Assembly (NCBI GenBank): GCA_963704755.1
Contig: OY969938.1
Span: 3,000,001 to 3,032,000 of the forward strand
DNA from: an uncultured Chloroflexia bacterium
GTDB lineage: Bacteria > Chloroflexota > Anaerolineae > Anaerolineales > Anaerolineaceae
Length of the DNA stretch: 32,000 bases
Direction of reading: 5' to 3'
Shown here: positions 26,225-32,000 of the stretch, piece by piece
How positions within the stretch are numbered: position 1 is the first letter of the stretch
Layout of the letters: every line of letters starts with the position of its first letter
Made by a program: the position numbers and the translations under genes
Notes under the pieces: generated by a model
Databases searched by the model: none
What the model was told of the DNA's origin: nothing
Seen by the model: only the letters and a program-made list of their open reading frames with translations

Positions 26225-26513
26225 TTCGACCTCGCATTTTCCCCATGGTGATCAATCAATGGCCTGAGCGATAAGGCCTGATGACCTGTTTTTTTAACAA
26301 CAGATAATTTTCACACCTGGTCTTTAAAAAGTCAACCGCCGGGGTGAGGGGGGCACCCAGGCGATTGACTTAAACTATAATAACACTAAATTATAAGAAT
26401 TTCATTAAAAAATAGGGAAATTTTTATAATTTTCTTAGAATTTCCTCGAATTTTTTCGTAATTTTGGGTGCAAAAAATTCTGCCCCCGCAAACAACTTCA
26501 ATTTCGGGAACTC

Positions 26514-27563
26514 CTAGATGACATCCTCGATGACCTGGCGCAGGGCCGGTAAGTCGAGGTCTTTCTTGTCCAGGAAGGCGATTGCTCCGGCCTCCAGGCC
26601 CAGGCGGTGAAATTCCCGGTCGGGGTAGGCGCTGATCAGGATGACCCGGATGGTTGGATAGAGCGCCTTGATCTGGCGCGTGCAACTGATGCCATTCTCT
26701 TCACCCAGAACCACATCGATAAAGACGAGGTCGGGCATGGTCTCCTGGATCATGTGCAGGGCCGAGTGGATGTTGTCCGCTTCATAGATCCAGGCGTTCG
26801 GACAGGCCTTGCCGATGATATTCTGCAGCAATTCGCGGAACCGGCCATTATCGTCGACGACCATGACCGAGATGCGCTCGGACTCTTTCACCGGGCCGGC
26901 CGGCTTTTGCGTGGCCTGTTGGCCGGGTATGCCCAATAGCTGGGTGTGGCGTAAGATATAATTCATCGCCTCCAGGCGGCTTTGGACGTTGAGCACCCGG
27001 TAAAGCCGGGTCAGGTGGTTTTCGACCGTTTTGACGCTCAGCCCCATTTCGGCCGCGATGGTCTGGTTATCCTTGCCGTCTTTGAGCTGGTGCAGCAAAT
27101 CTCTTTGGCGGCGGGTGAGAAAAGGCGTGTGGGTGAAGCCGTGCGGATCGCCGATCAGTTTGTTGATAATCGGCGGCGATAGCCAGATTTCGCCGGCCAG
27201 GACGCGCTCGATCGCTCTTTTCAGGTCGTTGAGCGGCTGGTCTTTGAGATGGTAGCCATTGACACCCGCACTGAGCATGCCCTGGACGTAAATATCGTCG
27301 TCGTATGCGCTGACGACCAGGATCTTCATCTGGGGGTAGTCTTTACGAATGCGCTGGATGGCCGATATGGGCTCGAAGTCGGGCATCGTGACGTCGATTA
27401 AAAGGATATCGTAGCTGGCTTTACTGAGGACATCAAAAAGCTGCGGGCCGTTGGCGGCTTCGGTAGCCACCATCATTCCCGGGATTTCTTCAATTGTCTT
27501 GCGAATACCAGTACGGACGACCGCGTGATCGTCAGCGAGGAGAACAGAGATTTGCTCTGGCAT
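26514..27563 (-). CDS. NarL/LuxR-type response regulator with a second, C-terminal receiver domain (REC-HTH-REC)
   Basis: REC1: LLADDH, LLIDVTMPD, VVSAY, YHLKD. LuxR HTH: LTRRQRDLLHQLKDGKDNQTIAAEMGLSVKTVENHLTRLYRVLNV. About 25-aa linker. REC2: VVDDNG, VFIDVVL, ILISAY, AFLDKK. Confidence 0.85.
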   Translation of the reverse strand: MPEQISVLLADDHAVVRTGIRKTIEEIPGMMVATEAANGPQLFDVLSKASYDILLIDVTMPDFEPISAIQRIRKDYPQMKILVVSAYDDDIYVQGMLSAGVNGYHLKDQPLNDLKRAIERVLAGEIWLSPPIINKLIGDPHGFTHTPFLTRRQRDLLHQLKDGKDNQTIAAEMGLSVKTVENHLTRLYRVLNVQSRLEAMNYILRHTQLLGIPGQQATQKPAGPVKESERISVMVVDDNGRFRELLQNIIGKACPNAWIYEADNIHSALHMIQETMPDLVFIDVVLGEENGISCTRQIKALYPTIRVILISAYPDREFHRLGLEAGAIAFLDKKDLDLPALRQVIEDVI

Positions 27564-27757
27564 GTATAATTTATACCACTTCCGCAGTTTATGCTACAAT
27601 GGGATTCCAGGATATATCAAAACCTGTATATGTTCGCAGAAGGTCTGCAGCAAATTTGTTTGGGTTGTGTATGGAAGTGTGCCAGGTGCGTTTCCAAACA
27701 TAACCCATATTTACTAATCGCCAATATTCTCAGGTCGGCCAATCAGGTTGAAATTCT
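27564..27757. promoter_or_regulatory. Divergent control region between the regulator and the ABC-domain kinase gene
   Basis: 194-bp AT-richer spacer. It has TATAAT at 27566-27571 and TGcTACAAT at about 27590-27598 on the + strand. On the - strand, TATAAA ends 6 nt before the regulator ATG, which would allow a leaderless mRNA. These are motif matches only. Confidence 0.3.
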
Positions 27758-28735
27758 ATGGAACCCCTGCTTCGAGTAGTCAATCTTTGCAAACGGTTCG
27801 ATACTTTATCTGCTGTGGAGGGAGTGAGTTTCGACATCAGACCGGGTGAGGTGGTAGGCCTGGCCGGGAATATTGGATCCGGGAAATCGGTGTTGGTCAT
27901 GCTTTTGGCCGGCCTGTATGGGGCTACCCACGGGGATATTTATTTCGCCGACAAGCTGCTGACCTGGCCCTTCAACGCCGGAAAACTGGGTATCGGTGTG
28001 ATCCACCAGAAGCCGACCTTGAACGACGAGATGGATATTTCGACGAGCATCTTTTTAGGCAACGAGCTGGGTTGGCCGGCCGGGTTAGGACCGCTGCGCA
28101 TCCTTGACCGCCGCAAAATGGACAAGGAAGCCAAGCGCATTTTAAATGAGGTGGGCGTAAGCGTTCCCTCGCTGCGTGAAAAAGTAGCCAGCCTTTCCGG
28201 TGAAAAGCGCCAGATGATTGCCATTGCCCGGGTGTTGACCCACCCGGTTCGTTTTGTCTTGATCGATGAAGCCACCAGTTCGCTCACCTATCCTTATCAG
28301 CAAAAACTGTTCGAGTTGATCCAGGAGTGGCGCCGCCAGGGGGTGGCGGTGCTGTTCAGCAGCAATAACCTCGACCATCTTTTCGCCGTCACCGACCGTA
28401 TCATTACGTTGTTCCACGGCCAGAAGATCGCCGATGTGCGCACCGATGAGACCAGCCGGGACGCGATCGTTTCCTATCTGCTTGGCTCCGGCCGGCCGGA
28501 AGGTGTCAGCGCGACCTTGCTGGACCTGGGTAATTACGACCGCATCCGCGAGCAGGCGGAGCGCATGCGTTATTACAAGATCTTGCTGGAAAAAGACCTG
28601 GCCTCCCAGAATGCGCTGAACTACCAGTTGGTGGGGCAGCTTAGCGAGCACGTCCAGGCCGCCGACCGGGCTAACAAAGCCCTGCAGGAGGCTCACCGCC
28701 GGCTGATCTCAGAGCGGGAGCAAGAGCGCAAATGA
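27758..28735 (+). CDS. ABC-transporter ATPase (NBD)-like domain + coiled coil; N-terminal part of a frameshifted histidine kinase
   Basis: Resembles the N-terminal half of RbsA/MglA/GguA sugar ATPases. Walker A GNIGSGKSV, Q-loop IHQ, signature LSGEKRQ, Walker B FVLIDEATSSL. The H-loop His is replaced (SSNN). About 80 aa of heptad-like helix follow, ending ...HRRLISEREQERK, where a HisKA_3 helix normally begins. Confidence 0.8.
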   Translation: MEPLLRVVNLCKRFDTLSAVEGVSFDIRPGEVVGLAGNIGSGKSVLVMLLAGLYGATHGDIYFADKLLTWPFNAGKLGIGVIHQKPTLNDEMDISTSIFLGNELGWPAGLGPLRILDRRKMDKEAKRILNEVGVSVPSLREKVASLSGEKRQMIAIARVLTHPVRFVLIDEATSSLTYPYQQKLFELIQEWRRQGVAVLFSSNNLDHLFAVTDRIITLFHGQKIADVRTDETSRDAIVSYLLGSGRPEGVSATLLDLGNYDRIREQAERMRYYKILLEKDLASQNALNYQLVGQLSEHVQAADRANKALQEAHRRLISEREQERK

Positions 28736-28748
28736 CCTGGCCCGCGAG

Positions 28749-29363
28749 TTGCACGACCAGGTCATCCAGGACCTTTTCAGCATCAATTACCAACTCGAGT
28801 GCCTCGAGGTAGAGCAAGAGATTATGCCGCCACTGCGGGATGAACTGGCGGACGTGCGCACGTCTATCCGCGAGATCGTCAGCAGCCTGCGCCAGGTTTG
28901 CGGTGAGCTGCGCCCACCCACGATTGACAGCCTGGGGCTGGGGGCAGCCTTGCTTTCCTACAGCCGCGACTGGTCGGAACGCAACAACATCGAGGTCATC
29001 CTGGACATCGACCCTAAGCTGGGCCGCCTGCCGGAAGCCACCGAGCTGTCCATTTTTCGCATTGTCCAGGAAGGCTTGAACAACGTCAAGCGGCATGCCA
29101 GGGCCAGTAAGGTGTATATTAAAATGGTCCATACCACCCCGCGGATGTTATCGCTTTCCATTGCCGACGATGGAATTGGCATCGACGAGGGGCTGGATAT
29201 AAACAGCCTGGCCGGTGAACGGCATTATGGCCTGCTCGGGATCAGTGAGCGGGTGGCCTTATTAGGAGGCAGAATCCGGATCACCCGCCAGCCCGAAGGC
29301 GGTGCCGATTTGCAAATTGAAATTCCACACCCACGTGTCAGGGAAAAAGCGCTCTCCGCTTAG
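28749..29363 (+). CDS. HisKA_3 + HATPase_c histidine-kinase core (NarX/DegS/LiaS type); C-terminal part of the frameshifted gene
   Basis: This frame is open upstream to 28731 and reads NDLARELHDQVIQDLF (H-box). N-box IVQEGLNNVKRHA, G1 DDGIGI, G2 GLLGISERV. There is no RBS, TM segment or sensor domain of its own, and the track's TTG start lies inside the H-box helix. Confidence 0.8.
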   Translation: MHDQVIQDLFSINYQLECLEVEQEIMPPLRDELADVRTSIREIVSSLRQVCGELRPPTIDSLGLGAALLSYSRDWSERNNIEVILDIDPKLGRLPEATELSIFRIVQEGLNNVKRHARASKVYIKMVHTTPRMLSLSIADDGIGIDEGLDINSLAGERHYGLLGISERVALLGGRIRITRQPEGGADLQIEIPHPRVREKALSA

Positions 29364-29811
29364 GGGAAATCCCCCTATACCACTGGGGGGAAAAGGGGAT
29401 AAGCCGGCGGACAGCTTTTGTTATACTTCGCCCGTACATGCTCGCTAAATCAGGTACGGAAATGGACTAGTTCAAGTCCGGTCGAAGTGCTGGTTGTGGA
29501 GCGTCCCAATTATTAAATATCTTCTCCAAAAGAAAAAATAAGCGACCCTTTTCGATCTTTTTGCCATTTCCTTTATGGGGGATGAAAAACTGGTGAAAAC
29601 GATTTTCTCTTGTTGTTTCGCTTGTGAATGAAATTTCGGCTGAGCTCGTGGCTTTTCTGTTGGTTACAACATAGTAAGGCTGGCAAGTGCAGGTGATATT
29701 CCATGATGGGAGGAGGTGGTCAATCGAATAAATACGCATCTTCCGACGCCACGTGCCGGATCGTTCCGGCCTGGTAATTCGTCCGCAACCATATTCTAAG
29801 GAGAAGAAAAT

Positions 29812-32000
29812 ATGTCTAAGAAGTTGGTGTACAGCCTATTAGCTGTATTCATGATTGCAGCGACTCTGCTATCTGCTTGCAGTACCCCCGCCACAACTGT
29901 AGCGCCGACGGCTGCATCTGCTGGTACGTCTTCGACCGAGGTTTCAGCGCCCGGTGGTCAACTGGCTGTAGGTATTGTTCTGCCTACCAAAGACGAACCG
30001 CGCTGGATCCAGGACCAGACTCGTTTCCAGGATGCTCTTACCGCAGCCGGATACAATGTGGAGATCCTCTTCAGCCAGGGTGACTCGGCCAAGGAAAAGA
30101 CCAACGTCGAATCCTTGCTGGCCAAGGGCATCAAAGTGCTGATTATCTGCCCGCAGGACGGTAACGCAGCGGCAGCAGCAGTAGAAGAAGCCAAGCAGGC
30201 CGGCGTGAAAGTCATCTCGTATGACCGCCTGATCACCAACACCGACGCGGTCGATTACTATGTGACCTTCGACAGTGTAGCCGTGGGTGAGAAACAGGGC
30301 CAGTACCTGGTTGACCACGCCACCGGAACGGGCAACCCGCTGTACCTGTATGCCGGGGCTGCCTCCGATAACAACGCCTTCCTGTTCTTCCAGGGGGCCT
30401 GGAACGTACTGCAACCCAAGATTGCGGATGGCACCTTCGTGATCAAGAACTCCAGCGCGGCCGTAGCCGTACAGGACAAAGCCGAACTGACTCGTGACGA
30501 AGAAGCCAGCATCATCGGGCAGGTCACCACGAACTGGGACTTCAACACGGCCAAGAACCTGGCCGAGGCCAACCTGACCTCCGCCACCGCCGCGGACAAA
30601 GGCAACGTCTTCATTCTGGCCCCGAACGATGGCACCGCTCGCTCCATCGCGGACGCCTTCGCGGCTGACAAAGACGTGACCAGCTACATCGTGACCGGGC
30701 AGGATGCCGAGAAAGCCTCCGTCCAGTACATCATCGACGGCAAGCAGTCCATGACCGTGTTCAAAGACGTGCGCACCCTGGTCAACGACGCCATCACCAT
30801 GGCCGTCGCCCTGCTGCAAGGCCAGACCCCTGCGACCACCGGCAGCTACAACAACGGTGCGATCGACGTCCCGGCCAAGCAGTCTGAGGTCATCAGCGTG
30901 GACAAAGACAACGTCCAGTCCGCCCTGATCGACTCGGGTTACTACTCCGCCAGTGACTTCACCGGTTTGACCGGCTCCACCACCGAGCCCACCGCTGCTC
31001 CGCAGTCCAACGCCCCCGGCGGTCAACTGGCCGTCGGTATCGTTCTGCCTACCAAAGACGAACCGCGCTGGATCCAGGACCAGACTCGTTTCCAGGATGC
31101 CCTCCAGGCAGCTGGATACGATGTGGAGATCCTCTTCAGCCAGGGTGACTCGGCCAAGGAAAAGACCAACGTCGAATCCTTGCTGGCCAAGGGCATCCAG
31201 GTGTTGATTATCTGCCCGCAGGACGGTAACGCGGCGGCAGCAGCAGTGGAAGAAGCCAAGCAGGCCGGCGTGAAAGTCATCTCGTATGACCGCCTGATCA
31301 CCAACACCGACGCGGTCGATTACTATGTGACCTTCGACAGTGTAGCCGTGGGTGAGAAACAGGGCCAGTACCTGGTTGACCACGCCACCGGAACGGGCAA
31401 CCCGCTGTACCTGTATGCCGGGGCTGCCTCCGATAACAACGCCTTCCTGTTCTTCCAGGGGGCCTGGAACGTACTGCAACCCAAGATCGCGGATGGCACC
31501 TTCGTGATCAAGAACTCCAGCGCGGCCGTAGCCGTACAGGACAAAGCCGAACTGACTCGTGACGAAGAAGCCAGCATCATCGGGCAGGTCACCACGAACT
31601 GGGACTTCAACACGGCCAAGAACCTGGCCGAGGCCAACCTGACCTCCGCCACCACCGCGGACAAAGGCAACGTCTTCATTCTGGCCCCGAACGATGGCAC
31701 CGCTCGCTCCATCGCGGACGCCTTCGCGGCTGACAAAGACGTGACCAGCTACATCGTGACCGGGCAGGATGCCGAGAAAGCCTCCGTCCAGTACATCATC
31801 GACGGTAAGCAGTCCATGACGGTGTTCAAGGACGTGCGCACCCTGGTCAACGACGCCATCACCATGGCCGTCGCTCTGCTGCAAGGCCAGACCCCTGCGA
31901 CCACCGGCAGCTACAACAACGGCGCGATCGACGTCCCGGCCAAGCAGTCTGAGGTCATCAGTGTGGACAAAGACAACGTCCAGTCCGCCCTGATCGACTC
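29812..32000 (+). CDS. ChvE-like (PBP1 family) sugar-binding lipoprotein with tandemly duplicated binding modules; 3' end beyond the window
   Basis: Absent from the ORF track because no stop lies in the window; I translated it by hand. AAGGAGAAG RBS, MSKKLVYSLLAVFMIAATLLSAC lipobox, then GIVLPTKDEPRWIQDQ...VISYDRLI...DYYVTFDSVAVGEKQG...DNNAFLFFQGAW...VTGQDAE..SVQYI..GKQSMTVFKDVR, which follows the ChvE / multiple-sugar-binding protein layout. The module then repeats. Confidence 0.85.
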   Translation, partial: MSKKLVYSLLAVFMIAATLLSACSTPATTVAPTAASAGTSSTEVSAPGGQLAVGIVLPTKDEPRWIQDQTRFQDALTAAGYNVEILFSQGDSAKEKTNVESLLAKGIKVLIICPQDGNAAAAAVEEAKQAGVKVISYDRLITNTDAVDYYVTFDSVAVGEKQGQYLVDHATGTGNPLYLYAGAASDNNAFLFFQGAWNVLQPKIADGTFVIKNSSAAVAVQDKAELTRDEEASIIGQVTTNWDFNTAKNLAEANLTSATAADKGNVFILAPNDGTARSIADAFAADKDVTSYIVTGQDAEKASVQYIIDGKQSMTVFKDVRTLVNDAITMAVALLQGQTPATTGSYNNGAIDVPAKQSEVISVDKDNVQSALIDSGYYSASDFTGLTGSTTEPTAAPQSNAPGGQLAVGIVLPTKDEPRWIQDQTRFQDALQAAGYDVEILFSQGDSAKEKTNVESLLAKGIQVLIICPQDGNAAAAAVEEAKQAGVKVISYDRLITNTDAVDYYVTFDSVAVGEKQGQYLVDHATGTGNPLYLYAGAASDNNAFLFFQGAWNVLQPKIADGTFVIKNSSAAVAVQDKAELTRDEEASIIGQVTTNWDFNTAKNLAEANLTSATTADKGNVFILAPNDGTARSIADAFAADKDVTSYIVTGQDAEKASVQYIIDGKQSMTVFKDVRTLVNDAITMAVALLQGQTPATTGSYNNGAIDVPAKQSEVISVDKDNVQSALID
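29950..32000 (+). repeat. In-frame tandem duplication, period exactly 1065 bp (355 codons), inside the binding-protein gene
   Basis: ggtcaactgg occurs at 29956 and 31021; gactc occurs at 30931 and 31996. My manual alignment of 29950-30935 with 31015-32000 gives about two dozen substitutions and no indels, most of them in the first ~250 nt. Confidence 0.95.

Noticed and set aside
28727-28737. Programmed +1 frameshift of the prfB type at AAA UGA C, joining the NBD and kinase frames
   Set aside because: The required slip AAA to AAU re-pairs poorly. The only SD-like GGGAG lies ~9 nt upstream rather than the ~3 nt seen in prfB. A second, unrelated homopolymer frameshift in galE makes indel error or mutation the simpler explanation.
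29944-31884. 646-aa ORF on the minus strand, the longest ORF in this region of the track
   Set aside because: It is the antisense shadow of the + strand binding-protein gene. Its translation is low-complexity (G/V/D/R-rich) with no motifs. The + strand frame has an RBS, a lipoprotein signal and strong ChvE-like motifs. The + ORF is missing from the track only because it has no stop inside the window.

Overview
High-GC bacterial chromosomal window with about 27 protein genes and one tRNA. The genes are mostly housekeeping and envelope functions: cdd, a CorC/CNNM-type protein, a GlmU-like enzyme, tRNA-Gln, TerC, an ATP-grasp enzyme, a GT2 + GT-C glycosyltransferase pair, galE, DedA, GT4, two Opp/Dpp-type ATPases and purA. 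The intergenic DNA is unusually rich in repeats. Two loci stand out.

(1) 13.7-15.5 kb: a REP-associated tyrosine transposase (RAYT, HUH/Y1 type) lies between two same-orientation tandem arrays of a ~156-bp composite unit (3 full + 1 partial copy, and 4 full + 1 partial copy). Each unit carries two GTAG-footed 19-nt hairpins that differ by two compensatory base-pair swaps. Related GTAG-footed modules and at least three other palindromic families fill the major repeat-bearing intergenic tracts (119-1032, 6545-7190, 21285-21795, 24136-24290).

(2) 26.5-32 kb: a two-component locus built from non-standard parts.
- A HisKA_3 kinase with no transmembrane segment, whose only input domain is a sugar-type ABC-transporter ATPase domain. 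The two halves are separated by a 1-nt frameshift.
- A divergently transcribed REC-LuxR_HTH-REC regulator.
- A ChvE-like sugar-binding lipoprotein with an in-frame, near-identical 1065-bp tandem duplication that runs off the window edge.

A second frameshift splits galE. Both frameshifts lie at short homopolymers, so assembly error must be excluded first. All calls come from manual reading of motifs; no database search or folding was run. The taxon cannot be established from this window; a Chloroflexota-like origin is only a weak impression.
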